Origin: Eutreptiella sp. 'Long Island Sound 2002'
Taxonomy: Eukaryota > Protista > Euglenida
Length of the DNA stretch: 64,000 nucleotides
Direction: 5' to 3'
Assembly: GCA_964036045.1 (NCBI GenBank)
Contig: OZ038379.1
Location: 55,862,001 to 55,926,000, forward strand
Shown: positions 26,058-39,745 of the stretch, one piece after another
Position numbering within the stretch: position 1 is the stretch's first letter
Layout of the letters: the number at the start of each line of letters is the position of its first letter
Made by a program: the position numbers and the translations under genes
Notes under the pieces: model-generated
The model's database searches: none
What the model saw: the letters and a program-made list of their open reading frames with translations, nothing else
What the model was told of the DNA's origin: nothing

Positions 26058-28269
26058 AAATTCTATTTTTTCTTCGGTTTCTTACAGGAAATATTGATGG
26101 ATCCCCCCCGGCGACCAGGCGCCACGGGGGGTGCAGTTAAACCCTGGCCGGGGGGCAGCCGGGGCCTATCAGGCCCGCGCCCCCCGCGACATTTGGATTG
26201 GCCACCCGCGGTAGCAGCTCCTGCGGGGGCTGTGGGAGCGGTGGGCGGCCGCAGCGTGCTACTGACAGAGGGCGGCAAAACAAGCAGTACTTGGAGCGAC
26301 CCCAAGGTAACGACGACGGTGGAGAGGGTGAGGTGTCCCGCTGCTTGCTTCGCTTATTGTCGTGCTTCATGCTCTGCTTAGTGCGTGTACACACGGAGAG
26401 GGCAGGGGCAGGACAACCAGAAGAAAGGAGAGGATCAAGGCACAAGAGCGGCCCAAGGAACGCGCGTAGACACGGGGAGGGAGGAGTGGGGACGGGTTAG
26501 CAGGGACAGGTAGGGTGGGGCACGGGATGTCGTGCTACTTGCTTCGCTCAGTGTCGTGCGTCGTGCTCAGACGACGGGGGCAAGAGTAGGACAGGGGAAA
26601 AGGGCCACAACACAGACGGGGAAGCCCCCCCCCAACCCACGCACAGGAGCAGAACAAGCAAGAGGGTAGCGCGGGGGGTGTCGTGCGGATTGCTTCGCTC
26701 GGTGTCGTGCTATGTTCCTGATTGCTTGACCAGTGTGTACCCTGGGGTGACTACAGTTGGAATAGTGCCAGATGGGGGGCTAGCAGCGGACCCCGAGAGC
26801 TTCGAACGCCCGAGCAGGGCTGAGGTGCTGCACGCTCCGTGGGCTATGTGGGGTACTCTCGAGGGCCAAACCCTTGAGCTACTGCCGAAGGACGCTGTCA
26901 TGGACTATGGCGCCAGCAAGGGTGAGTGGTTCAACGCTGTGCACGCCCGGTCCATCCTTGCAGTGTTGGTCTACCGCGTTTTCCTAATGGGTGCCGTCGT
27001 AGAACAGGTGAGTGTCATGCGAATTGGTTGGATGATTGTCTTGCCTAGTGTTCTGCTTCGCGCGAGTACACAGAGGGGACAGGGGCAAGACCACCAGAGG
27101 GAGTGACGGACCGGGGCACCGGGGACGCCCAGGGTATAGGGCAAGCAGAGGGAGTGGGGAAAGGGCAATTGCCTCGCAAAGTGCTTTCCTCGGTGCGTGC
27201 TCGGGCAGAGGGAGCAGGGGTAGGAAAGGGAGAAGGGGCCTGGGCACAGGGGGGGGCAAAGCCCAACAAAGCAGGGCACAAGGGCAGAACAGGGAAGGGT
27301 GCGGTAGGGCAGGGGGCGTACACCACCCTTGGCACGGGCGAGCCGGAGGGAGAAGCCGGAGAGAGTGGGAGGCGGAAGCGGGGAGAGGGACGTAGAGAGA
27401 GCCGGCGGAGTGGGGAGCAGGGGTGCTGGCGTTCCAGGGGAGGGGCGGGGAGCAGGGCATGAAAGGCGAGCTTGCCGCGCTCGCTGTCGTGCTACTTGCG
27501 TGCCTGGACGTGCATGCTTGTACTGTGCGTGTGGCCTAGGGGGCTACTGGCTGTCAGAACGGGATGGCATCAGGGTCATGGTGGCCACGAGGAGTGCGGG
27601 CACCAGCGGCGCCATCCGCCCAGCCTCCCGTGCAGCAAGATGAGGTTGGGCTTGAATGGCGCGCAGAGGGGACACGTGCCATGGGCGCCATCCATTGGAC
27701 CCCCTGTGTCTGTGACAACGTGATGCATGAGTCTTGAGGCTCATGAACGTCAAGGAATGTGCGCAGAGGGGACGGGCACCAGCTGCGTCATCCGCTGGGG
27801 CCCCTGTGACAGGGACTATGCAACCTAATTAGGTGGCCGGGGGACGCCAAAAAACCCCCCGCCCGCCACCGCGCATCTCTGCCATAGGACCTCAGGGGCC
27901 ACCATCGCGCTCGAGGGTGCCAGAAACCCGCGGGGCGAGAGCGAACGGCCACTTTGTAGCCACCACTTCCAGCGGGCTGATATTGAGGCACTGGTATCAG
28001 GCTGCATGGAAGTGGACACATAGGCACAAGGGAAAGGAGGGGTTGTCGCCCCCCCCCCCCCCCCCCCCCCCGGGCTGTTAGGTGCCAACATAGGGGCCGT
28101 CCCCTCGACCAGGGCGGTGGATGGCGCAAGAAGCCTTCGTGGTGAACGGTAAGTCCTCCCCGCTGCCCGCACCTCTTCATCTTCCGTCTCCACCCGGGCA
28201 CGTACCTCCTCTAGTAAGTATGGGCACAGGAGGGAGCAGGCACGGGCCACTGACGACTCGGCCGAGACA

Positions 28270-30000
28270 AGGCGACTACCGCCATGGGTAACTAGGAAAC
28301 AGACACCCACTTGGTGCCCGCCTCCCGCCCTTATGCATGCCCCGTTGCTTTGCTTCGTGCTCGCTTGTTGCTCTATGCGCCTGCGGGTGGGACGAGAGGT
28401 TCCTGATAACACCCCCCTCACAGACCCCCCTACCCCGACGTGAGAAGAATGGGGGGGAGGGGGGCAAAAGACTTGCAAGTACCTTGAGCAACCGTGCCAA
28501 GCAAGAAGGCAAACGCAAAGCGGCCGCTCGGGGGGGGGGGGGGGGCAGCGGGCGGCGGGGCAGACGGGAAGAAGGACACCCTGGTGCAGGGAGAAAACCC
28601 GTTGTCCTACATATTGCTTCGCAACTTGCGTGTCCAACACCCAACCCAAATTCCGCCCTTGTCCTTACCTGCTATGCTCCATACGTGGGCCCGTGCAAAC
28701 AGGAGAGTAGAAAACGAGGCCCAATATGAGCCATGTTTGAGGTTAGAGAGACCCCACGTTCCCGCCAACAAAGACACGAAAGGAACCAGAAGGGGGGGGC
28801 GGTAGGCACGGAAGTAACCAGGGCGGCTAAGCCAAAGGAAAAAAAAACAACGGGAACAAGAGGGGCAAAGGCAGACGCACGGCGGCCGTCCGGGGAATGG
28901 GCGGGAGGAGGCGGGACAAGAGGGGAGAAAGGCACCCTAGGGCAAAGGGGTAACGCAATGTTGTGCACCCTGCCTCGCTTCGTGCGCGTCTAAAACAAAA
29001 CCCAACCCAATTCCCGCCCTTATCTGAACCTGCAGTGCTCCGTGCATGCGCCCATGCGGACAAGTGGGCAGAAAATAAGGCCCAACCCGATCCCCGCCAC
29101 CCCCATGGCCAGCACGGGCACAACCCAGATGGACCTAGACCAGGCGACTACCGCCATGGGTGACTAGGATACACACACACACACTTGATGCCCGCGTCCC
29201 AGCCCTATGCGTGCCCCGTTGCTTCGCTTCGTGCTCAGTTGTTGTTGTGTGTGACCGTGGATGGGAGGAGAGGCTCCTGGTAACTCCCCCTAGGCAGACC
29301 CCCCAACCCAGTCACGACAAGAACAGGGGGGGGGGGGGCAATAGACTCGCATGTAACTTGGGCAGCCATGCCAGGCAAAAAGGTCACTGGAACAGGTGAG
29401 TGTAGGCAAACGCAATGCGGCCGCCCGGGGAAGGGGCGGCAAGAGGCAGAGCAGGAGGAGAGAAGGACACCCAATGGCAGGAAGAAGACATAATGCCGTG
29501 CATATTGCCTCGCCACTCGCGTGTCCAGCTCCTAACCCATATCCCGCCCGTGTCCATGTCTGCTATGTTCCATGAGTGCGCCCGTGCAAACAAGAGGGTA
29601 GAAAGCAAGACCCTGGGTGTGCCTTGCCTGTGGGTGAGGGAGGCACATGGCTAACTCCCCCCAAGGCCCCTCGTACACCGACATGAAAGGAACCGGGAGT
29701 GGGGGCGGTAGGCTTGGAAGAAACCAGGGTGGCTAAACCGGGCACGAAAAGCCAAAGGAACAAGAGGGGCAAAGGCTAACGCACACCGGTTGCCCGGGGA
29801 ATGGACGGCACGAGGCGGAACTAGAGGGGCGAAGGCACCTTGGGAAGGAGGGGTAATGCATTGTCGTGCTACGTGCCCCGCTTCGTGTGCGTCCAGCCCC
29901 TAATCCAAATCCTGCCCTACTTCTTGCTTGCGATGCTCCGTGTGCGCCCATGCGAACACGTGGGCAAAAAACATGGCCCAGCCCATCCCCCGCCACCCCC
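28270..30000. repeat. ~870-bp tandem duplication with internal ~350-bp subrepeats
   Basis: AGGCGACTACCGCCATGGGT(A/G)ACTAGG at ~28270 and ~29142. The subunit TTG.....TGC.TCGC...GCGTGTCCA...CCCAA..CC.GCCC....CTGC..TGCTCC recurs four times. Confidence 0.75.
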
Positions 30001-30949
30001 ATGCACGGCCGTGACAACACCACAAGCACGACCCTGCCCCCACCCCACGGCCCGTACCGGAGCCGCGAACCAGGCCACGCACAGCAGCGGCACCAAGTAG
30101 AGGGGGCGGGACAGCGTGAAGGAGAACACGTAGTTCCGCATCAAGCAACACAACACCCAGCCACACCGACAATGTGCGGACACAGTACAGACGCGAAGAA
30201 GGAGCGGCGGAAGAAGCAAGGGGCAGACAGGGGAACAGCCTGGGAGAGGGAACGCGGGAGGCGGGGGCAGCGAGTGCCGCGGGCGCGGGGGCGGAACCCA
30301 CGAGGCAAGCACCAGTGAAGCCCACGGGGGACGCTGGCAAGGGACCTTACTTGAGGGGTTAGGGCGCCCCTCCCCCATGGACCGTATCCGCCCCGTCTAA
30401 GCAGACGCAATAAGGCGGGATACGCCTGGGACCGTAGGACATCGGCCCATGGTGGCACCTGCCCGGTGGGGTGGCCAATGGCCCTGACACAGGGCACTCC
30501 CCATGGCACGTACTGTCATTCGTGCCCTGTGAGCGGCTGCGGGTAGGGCACAACGACCATCAGGGCGGGCAAGAGCCGCGTGTGCCCCGCAAGGGCTCCT
30601 CTAGTGACCCACAGTGTACCGGACCGCGGTGTGGGGAAGGCCGGCGTATCTGGCTACAACGCATGTACATTTGTACGAAGCGGGTGCCAATTGACGGCCC
30701 GTACAACAGCGTTACACCCTGTCGGGGAGTGCAAGCATCGCCCCCCCCATGGGGTAACGCCGAGGGAAGGGGACCCATGCCGGCGCCCCCCCCGACCACA
30801 ACCCCACCCAACCACCCCCCCCCAACTAGACGGCAGTGCAACGGGGGCGCAGGGACGAAGGCGGAGACAGCGCGGGGGAAACAGGAGGGTGTCGGTAGGT
30901 CGGACCTCTTGTCATGAACTGTGTCGGGCTCCGTGCGTGCAACCCCAAT

Positions 30950-33900
30950 CACCCTCGATATAGAGCATGTCAATCCCCATTCACGGGGCGGCCCTGCGGT
31001 ACACCATCTCTAACCTCTCCCTCGTGCCATATGTAGCTCATTCAGCCTTCGTAAGCACCATGTTGCTGCCTCCAATCCCGACCAACCCCACGGGGCTGTC
31101 AGCCCTCCGGCGGCGTGCTCGCCGTCTGGTGGACGCGGTGTCTAACCTCGTCAGACACGGGCAGCACTCGTATGCTGCCTTCCAGGCGCGCGCGGAAGCC
31201 AATCGTCCCGCCAGGGACAACGGGTGGGACCATTTGGTTGGCCTCTGCCTGCGGCGAGTGCTGATCAACGACCCCCCCCCCCCCCCGCTTAACGCGCCTA
31301 GCGTGCAGGTGCAGCTTGCGGTGGGCGCGGTACCATTCGGAGTCCACATCCTCCACCCGCTACTCCACCATCTCCCAGTGGACTATGGGCAGCTGGAGGA
31401 CGCACAACATGGACGACAACCAGCAGGACCAGCAGCGGCGTGGCAGGGGCGAGTGCCTGGAGCACACCTGTTCCCGATGCCCCCACCTATGGACCCCCTG
31501 CCAATGCTGATGCCGCCATTTGGGGCCCATCACCATCACCATCACAATCACCTTTAGCGTCACCGGATGGGACATGCCGCGGTACACCACCACATCCAAC
31601 ACCACCACGCACACCCGGCTTTCCCGTACCACCTCCATCACCACGTTCACCAACATGCGGTTCAGCGCCATCTCCACCTGCACCTGGCCCACGCCGTGGG
31701 CCAGGTGGACATGGGAAAGATGTTGGTATTGGAGGGCGCGGAGTTTTCGGCCTACGTGCGGGTGGAAAAGGGGGGCCCGGATTAGATTATGGTCACCGCG
31801 AGAAGGCTGGTGCGGTAGCAATCGAGGGGCCCTGTCGGGCGCCGCGTCCTCCACACGCAGCCAGCGCTGGATGTGCTCCTGCCATGGTTGGGGGGTGTGC
31901 GGCCTCTGCTGGTGTAGCGCGTCCTTGACGCGCTACAGGGTGACCGACACGACAAGGGACGTTCCCACGTCTGCCGCAGCCATGCACAGAATGGTTTGCT
32001 GCAGCCGTGCCTCAGGCAGCCCCGCCTCATGCGCGATGTCCGCCACCGGCGGAGGAGTGCAGGGCGCCGGAAGGGCATCCAGTCTCGCAGCGGGCAACTC
32101 CCCGAGCAAGGGCACACACGCGACCGGCCCCATGTTCGTGTTGCGGGCCACCGTCTCTACCCACCGCCTATCCAACGTGGATAGCAGGCTGCCCGGCCCT
32201 GGCACCCGGAGAGGGTACCGACGGTGGACAGCTACACACACACACCGCAGTCTTTGTTGTTGCGTGCCGGCTGTCTCACCTCCGTTGCTCGGCCCATCGT
32301 CGGCGGGTCCTCCGCACCCGGCCACACCGTCCTCTCCTCCCTGGGCGCCATGCGCAGCGTGTTGACCGCCGTGTCCCAAGTGGGCGTTCACTGCGGCGAG
32401 CGCCCTCCAGCGTACGCATGCCCAAGGGGTCTACGGTCATCTGCACATTGGGGGCGAGGAGGTGCGGGGCAGTCTAGTGCCGCACACCTTGCTCCACTGA
32501 GTGGTCAAGGTACACGAAGTCCGAGGCGCTCAGCTTAACATACGGAGCGACGAGGTGGATTGCCGGAGTTTTCGAGTACTGCTGGCCCTGCCACCCCTCC
32601 CTCGGGAGGATCATGACATGGGGGGCCAGACACTGTGCCGCGTCCGCAACCAGCGCGACCATGTTGTCGCACAGCTCAGCATCGTGGTCTGTGGCCACCA
32701 GGAAGTGATGCACGGGCCTGGTCTCACCGCAGGCCCGATACAATCCCGCCAGGGCACTGCGCATGTGGGCTGGCGATGGAGAGGCGTCCGCGTAGCCCCG
32801 GAGCCAACGAAGTGCACCCGGGAACCTCCTTCCCGCCTCCCCTGGCCAAATGGTAGCCTGCAGTGTTGGCAGGTCCCTCCATAGGACCCCGGCAATCGGG
32901 TCTCGCCAGGGTTGAGGCCTCTCGGCCCCCCACTGGAAGGCGACCACGACCACGTGGGTGGTCAGGGGCTATGCAGCGAGGTGCAGCGCAATTCTGCCAT
33001 CCGTATCCACAGCCATGCCCCGCGGGGCCGTGAAGGCGTGTCCTCCAACTCCACGGATGGTCACCCAAACCCACAGGACCACAATGGTCTCCTAGCTGGG
33101 CCCAGGGCCTGACTTCCTTGGCCACATCACCATTGGTGGGCATGGGCCATTTGCCGCCCACAACCTCCAATCCACCCCCGCCAGTCCGTCGTGGCCAGGG
33201 GACCGCAGGGACGTATCCCACGCATCCGGGAGCTGGCAGTGGATCGCTGCCCACTCATCGGCTCTGTCCCCACGTATGAAGCCGAGCCCCTCCAGGATGC
33301 CCTTTGCCACGGGATTGGGGAGGCGGACGGATCCGACCTCCATCCCCTGCCCCATCCAGAACCCCGGCCCGACCTCCAACGGACGGACCTCGAGATCCAC
33401 CACTGCGAGCCGGGCTGCTACCGTGGGGACGTGCAGGGAGACAGTCCACAGCTGGGCGGTGACTGGCTCGCGGGGCAGGTCCGGGCCGGCAGCCACGCCG
33501 CCACTATCCCACCCCCAGCTGAGCGCCCTGTCCCACCTCTGTGTCCAGGTTACGCTTGCCGTTGGCAGCGACTAGGACAGGTAGGTCACCACGGCGCGAG
33601 CTTGCCACCTCTGCGGGTCCATGCGGGCGGAATGCGTGTGCCACGAGCTCACCCACCCCAAAGACGCCTCCTGAAGGATCACCATGTAGCAGTAGTCTGT
33701 GCGGCCTCTTGCGCCGTGCTCTCCGACGTGCTTCTCGCCTTGTCCTCTTCCACTGCAGCGACGCCCCGCGCGGGCTCTTGGTGCCCGCCATCTGTACCCC
33801 GGCGCGTGCCCACCACCACCGGCAGCCGGGGATTACCATAGCAATTCGCAAGGTGATATCTGCAGGCGTCGGGGGCAAGAACCGCGTTGTCGACAATAAG

Positions 33901-35620
33901 CCACAAGAGTTTCTCGCCCTCCACACCGAGCACGGCCTCCATACTTTCGGGGTGCAGCGCAACTAGGACGGCATGGGACCCTAGCGTTTGAGGCGTGAGG
34001 GGCCGCATGCCGCGACTTGGGAGCCAGCCGTCGGCGCTGCTCCTCCACAAGGCCACGTAAAGGCCCTGCTCCTCCACCACTTCCAACCCCGCCTCCTCAA
34101 GCAGGCGCCTCACCGCGAGGCGCACAGTCACTGGGAGGCGTTCCTGTGGCTCAGCCGCCCGCACGTCTCCTGGGTGGTAGTCACGGACTGCTACGTCCCC
34201 GAGTTGGACGTAGCAGGCCTAGTCACCCATTGGGGGCACATCCGCCAGGCCCATCTCTCGGCGATCCTCCCCAGAGGCCGGAACTCGAAGCGCTCCAGGG
34301 CGCCCGCCGGTGACGTCGCCGCCGGCTGCCGACTGCTAGAGAGGCGGTGCTCGTGGACGCCCTCCGCCGCATGGAACATGCAATGTTGCCGTTCACAACT
34401 CCCCAGGGGAGCGGGCGGCACTGCGGTGGGAAAGGGCAGCAGCAGCGCATGTGCCCGGTCCGTGCCCATGCGGACATAGACGTCACACCCAGTGGCGTCC
34501 TGGTACATGAGCGCCATTGTCGAGTCACTGGGCCCGTACTTCATCTCCCCCTCCACTTCCTCCGCAGCCACGTCGGTCACTCCTTCAGTGTCCCTCGCAA
34601 CCGCCAGCGCCGCCGGTGACTCCGGTCGCCAGGGGAAATGCGCCAGGGGCCGCTCGTCTGTAGCCTCGCCGCCCGCCGCCTTGGGCGAATGAGCCGTGGC
34701 CTGAGGCGAAAGGCAGTCGGGCGCAGTTGATGCCCGTGGCGAAGTCCATCTCGTACTCCAGCCCGCCCGGAGGCGGCTCCCCTTGCCACACCACACGCGA
34801 GTCCCTCCACTCCCACATCCACTCCGCCACCCCCATAGCCGCCGTACCCTCCCCATATGGCGCCACTGCCTCGTGGTTCACCTCCACTTCACCCGCCCTT
34901 ACCGCTGACTCCTCCTGCACTCACTCCTTTGTTGACCTTCACTCTCTCGCCCCATGTGGACACCAATCAACTGGCCCAGTTTCATCTCCCCACCAGTAGC
35001 CACCCCTACATCCGCAGCAAGAGGCGCACTTTACTCGCCCATTGCCTCTTGTCGACCGCTTCCGGCTAGGGCTTCCTCGATCAGCATGTTGATGCCGGAG
35101 CGGCCAGATGCGGCCAACCCTTCCGTCGCGGGCCCCGCCCGCTCGCTTCTTGCCGCGTCCCGACGGCTGGCGGCCGCGGCTTGCTCGAGAGGCACGCTGA
35201 TGTTGAGGAGGCCCGTCGTGGCCACCCCTTCTGCCGCAAAACAAATTGTTCAATATCCAATGTGTGCAACAAATAGCAGTGACAAGACAAAATTGGGGCC
35301 GATTCGTACGAATTCGCACGAAATTCGCACGAAATTCGTACGAATTCGTACCAAATTCGTGCGAATTTCACATTCTCGTGAATCTGTGAATCTAGCGTGA
35401 ATTTATGCGTGAATTTGGGTGCGTGAATTTCACATTCACGCCAATCTCACCAAATGTGTTGAACCATGCGGCTACTTCAAAACTGTAAATTGCACACATT
35501 TGTTGGATCTTACTTTGGGCGAAGATAGCACGACAAAAGCACACGATAGCACCAAGTTAGAAGCAAAACACAGCAAAATTGGGTGAAATTCACGGTACCG
35601 TGAATCTCGGATGCAAACGG
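30950..35620 (-). mobile_element. Unclassified transposon-like element, copy B (GC-rich, long decayed minus-strand ORF)
   Basis: The array at 35300-35600 (TTCGTACGAATTCGCACGAAATTCG..., GATAGCA...CAAAATTGG) resembles 13075-13330. ORF remnants VVWQGEPPPGGLEYEMDF, TGCDV, HHFLVATDHDAEL and the C-terminal RRARRRRA / DWRQQH align by eye to copies A and D. GC3 bias supports minus sense at 32474-32953. Confidence 0.5.
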
Positions 35621-37834
35621 CCGGTTCACGAAGGGTACGCGTGCGACCGCTGGTAGCACTTGCATTTGGGGCGTCTCCCTGTGCGCCGCCAGTGTTGGCG
35701 ACGCCGTGTGTGCCCGAGCCGGCCTCCCGGGTGCGTGCACCTGCTGCATCCCCATTGGCGCCACACATGGCACCGGATCTTCGGGCGTTGGCGGTGCCCC
35801 TGTTGGTAGCGCCGGAGGCATAAACGCGGCTTGCGCCGGCGGCACCCCCTCCGGAGCGACAAGCTTGCCGGTGCCGCATGCGGGGGCTGCACCGGCACGC
35901 TGTGCGGTGGCGGCCGCCCCGTTGGCGTGTGGTGCACCGACGCCGCCTACTCCTGAGGTACTCCTGCTAGCGGGGGTTGCACCGGCGTAGCGTGCGCGTG
36001 CTACATCTCCGCCGGCACTGCTTGGGGCGCTGGTGCCAGAGGCGCTTGAGGTACCCTCATTCCCCCCACTGGAGGCGCCGGCTACCGGCAACGCCGGAGG
36101 CACGGACGTGGCATTTGCCGGCGGCACTCCACCCGCAGTGACATGGGGTCCCAGCGCCGCTTCTGGCGGCTGCAGGGGCACGGCGTACGCTGGCGGCTGC
36201 CCCGTTGGAGTGTGGCGCACCGGCGCCGCCTTGGTCTTGGCCACTCTTGCGGGCGGGGGTTGCACCGGCGCAACGTGCGCGTGCTGCATCCCCACCGGCA
36301 GTGCTTCGGGCGTTTTTGCCACAGGCGCCTGAGGTACCCCCACGGGCGCCACCGGGGGCGCCGGTGCGGCTTGAGGCGGCGCGGTACGGGCCCTGCATAC
36401 ATTGTCTGTGCGGGCACCGCCGGCACCCCAGCCAGCTGCTACGGGGTCCTCCGGGGCCATCTCTGGTTCTTGGGTCCGGTGCACCGGGCGCCCAGGTGCA
36501 CACCCTAGAACAGCCCGCAAGCACCAGCCGTGTATGTGGAGGTGGTGAACAAACCACGCGTCCGAGGGCACGATGGCCCGAGGCCCCGAGCAACATGTGG
36601 CAGTCTGAGCAGGCGGCAACCATGTGTAAGGCGTTGCGAGGGCATGCGACGGCCCTTCCACGGGCGCTGGCAGCGCAGTGGTCCAGCAACCGTCCGGCGG
36701 CCTCCGTGGCAATGTTGCATGGTGGGCCCCGGGGGCGGTGCTAGGCCATCGTGGCGCCGGAGCTGCACTCACTTGTGCTGCGCATGTACGACCGCGGAGA
36801 GGTAACCAAGGTCACGGTCCGCCCTGCCGACCTGGAGGCATTGCACCTCAGTACCCTAACTCAAGGGGAAAATGGTTGGGTCAGTGGCGATCCGGTTCCG
36901 CAGGCACTACGGAGGAGATGCCTTCCGCTTGGTCATGGCTGAGACCATGGCGCCGTCGCTCCGGGGGTTTTCAACCTCCCGGTGAACTGTCGCACGTGAC
37001 GGGGAGAAGTTTGCTGATGCGTGGCGCCGTTGGGTGGAGGGGCAGTTCCCTGCGGAGGGATTGGTGCACCTGGCACAGCCGCCCATTGTGCCGCCGGTCC
37101 GGTCAGCCGCCCTTGCGGTCGCGGTTGCGAAGGCGGTCCCGATGGCAGCACTGAAGCCTCACCCCAAAAAGGGCCTTAGCGGGCCTAATGGCAATTACAC
37201 TTACATCATGGTAGTATTGCAGCACTTCGGGGGACAACTGGCCACGCAGCAGCGTGGGACAAACGAGCTCGTCTAAGTTGGAGGGGGCGGGCCAGTGCCC
37301 GTGGCGGGCCGGCCGACAGTTGCAGCCCAGCCGCCTCCACCCCAAGGACCTCCTGGACCACCTTGCGAGGGACCATGGGTCCGACCCGGCTCCGCAAGCA
37401 TAGGCCATGATCAAGGGCATCATGCCTGGTGGACTGGCGAGGCCCTTTGCGGTGGCCAGGGCTGGCTCGCGGCGCTCGTGCAGGCCACAGGAGTCCAACC
37501 CTCAAGAGCGTAGGAGGCGTACATCGTTTGCGTTGTTGGGTGGTGCTCGCGGCGCTGCGGCGGTGTCTTCAACAAGGGGCGAGGGAGCAGGCTCAGGGGC
37601 GGCCCAGAGTGGAGCCACGCGGGCTTCCATAGTGCCCCGTGGGGCGTGCCCGGCGGCGACCTCCTCCGGAGGTGGCGGCAGGGGTCGGCGTCCGGTCGCG
37701 CCGAGGGATTGAGGCACCCGCCGCCCAGTGCTAATGCCGCCGGCCCTCCTCCTTCCGGCGAACCGTGCACGGCTGATGATCCGGATCCGGCAGCTATGCC
37801 GTGAGGGAATCCCGCCTGTGACGCCCGGATTGCA

Positions 37835-38345
37835 GTGTCTTGGAACGTCCAAGGCTCGATGCGGGGTGCCGGCGTGCCCATGGCCCCGGGCATGCTCGAC
37901 ATCGAGGTGGTTGTAGCGGGCACTTTAAAGGCACAAGGTGCCATTGTGGGTCTGTTTCAAAAGACGGGACTGCAGGACCCCCAGGGCATGGTACATATGG
38001 AGAATCAGTGGCGTCACCGTTGTTACCAAGCGTTCCTGGGGGTCGTTAGCCAGTTGGCGTCGGCGGCTGCGGTACGTAGCGGTCTCTTGATTGACCTTCG
38101 AGCGGACGTGTTTTCTGCGGAGGAGGTTCGAGATGTGGTGGACTTCATACTGGGCAAGGCCATGTCCCTCCATGTGGTGACCGCCGGTGAGACGTTCACG
38201 GTCATCAACGTCCACGGCCCGGGCAGTGGCGGTGACTTATGGGCGTCTAATGACTCCTTTTGGGCTGACGTGGCCATGTATGCGGCGGCCAAGAGCGCGG
38301 GAGGCACGAGGCCGGTGCTCATAGGGGGGGACTTCAACATGTTGC
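37835..38345 (+). pseudogene. Apurinic-type endonuclease (APE) domain, N-terminal part
   Basis: VSWNVQGS...GLFQKTGL...TVINVHGP...PVLIGGDFN; homology breaks soon after GDFN. Confidence 0.88.
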
Positions 38346-39459
38346 CGGAGTCCCCTAGACACACCACCAAGAGGCGGTTCGTATCCTCATGCCGTCGTCA
38401 GTGTACTCGTGCGTACACACCCATCTGGCGCAGGTGCAGTGGGCAAGGCGGAGGTAGGTGTCCCGATCCTACACCTTCAAGGGTAGGGACATCTGCGTTC
38501 TCTCCGGGCCCTGCACGGACGCGGCGGTGCAGTCCCTTACTGATGACCTTCTACACGCGCGGCTCCCATGCGACGAGCCTGGGCACTGAGCTGTTCAGCT
38601 CCAGGAGTGTCACAAGGACCATCTGCACCTTCCTCAAAAGGGGGTTGGGCTCAGTCAAGTGGACCACCTATGGTTCACAGGACTCCGCGACGTCTTCGGA
38701 CCTCACATGCCCGGTCCCTTGACTCATCGTCTGATACACCTGGTGCGCCGTAAAAAGGCCACCGAGCGCACTCAATAGTCCGCTGCGGGGGACGCGTATG
38801 TGGTAGGCGGGTACAGGGATGGCAATTGGGACCCGGAGAACCCGGGGCCGTCCATGCCCTTTGTCCCGCTGGCCGCCCGATTGTTCCTGCTAGGGGACGT
38901 CTTCGACGGTTACCGGCAGCGGGACGATCCGTCGTCAGTCCCCCTGCTCACGCCACATGCCAGGGGCGGCATAGACCCCTCGCCCCTGTGGGTTGTGTAC
39001 GGGCGGCCCGCGTTCTCCAGGGCGTGCGCAGCAGTACGTGGGTGCGACAAGTGGGCAATCGTCCTCCTGCTGCTAGCTGGCCCCGTCCCGGATGCCGATG
39101 AAGGCTCGGTCCCGGAGGTGCTCCGGATGGCCAAAGTGCCGCACGATCCGCATGTCCCCGTCACCTCGTTGCGTGACGGGGGGACGGTAGAACAGGGCTC
39201 TGTGGTGGTGTACCGGCCTTCCAGCTCCACGACGGTGTGGGGGGCAGAGTATACCACAGCCCTTGACACCATCAAGTCTGTCTGCGGGTGCGATGCGGCC
39301 TGGCGGCCGCATGCGGTGTATCGGCCGAAAGCTGTCATGTCCCCGGATCTCACGGCCTCCAGTGCGGCGTCCCTGGGGACGCTAGTGCAGAGCCCCCACT
39401 CAGATGTGGCGTGGCTGGAACCCCGGCGGTATTGTAGGGTGCCGGCGGCGACCAAGGAC

Positions 39460-39745
39460 ACGTCGTCTGACACATCTCCCTAGGAGGACGGGGCCACCAA
39501 CGTGGCGGTGGCGAGCCATGGGAGCCCCACATGGACGGGTGCCATCCGTGGCACGGTCCCTGAGGCGGAGATCATCGGCGCGGCGGCGTACCTGCTGCAC
39601 GCCCCCCCCCCCCGTCATACTGCTCCGTGCACATAGTGGATGCCTCCATCATTGGGGCGCACCTACGCAGAGCGCAGGAGGCCCTTTACCGTGGCATCAA
39701 GGGGCCCACGTCACATCTGGTCAACCAGCATGCGTTGAACTGGAT
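39460..39745 (+). pseudogene. RNase H-like domain remnant
   Basis: SDTSP*EDG...GTVPEAEIIGAAAYLLH, then a frameshift in the poly-C run, then HIVDAS...ALYRGIKGPTSHLVNQHAL. Acidic residues are in RNase H order. Confidence 0.55.

Noticed and set aside
30355-30364. Telomeric TTAGGG seed
   Set aside because: Single copy, not an array.
30967-31785. Plus-strand 196-aa ORF with a poly-His tail as a host gene
   Set aside because: Homology to copies A and D (WRQQH/WKRQ; ARRR) indicates the minus strand is sense. The His-rich text is the antisense of Val/Met codons.
35510-36772. 420-aa Pro/Ala-rich ORF as a real gene or gag
   Set aside because: Low complexity, internal repeats, open in several frames due to high GC, and no recognisable domain.
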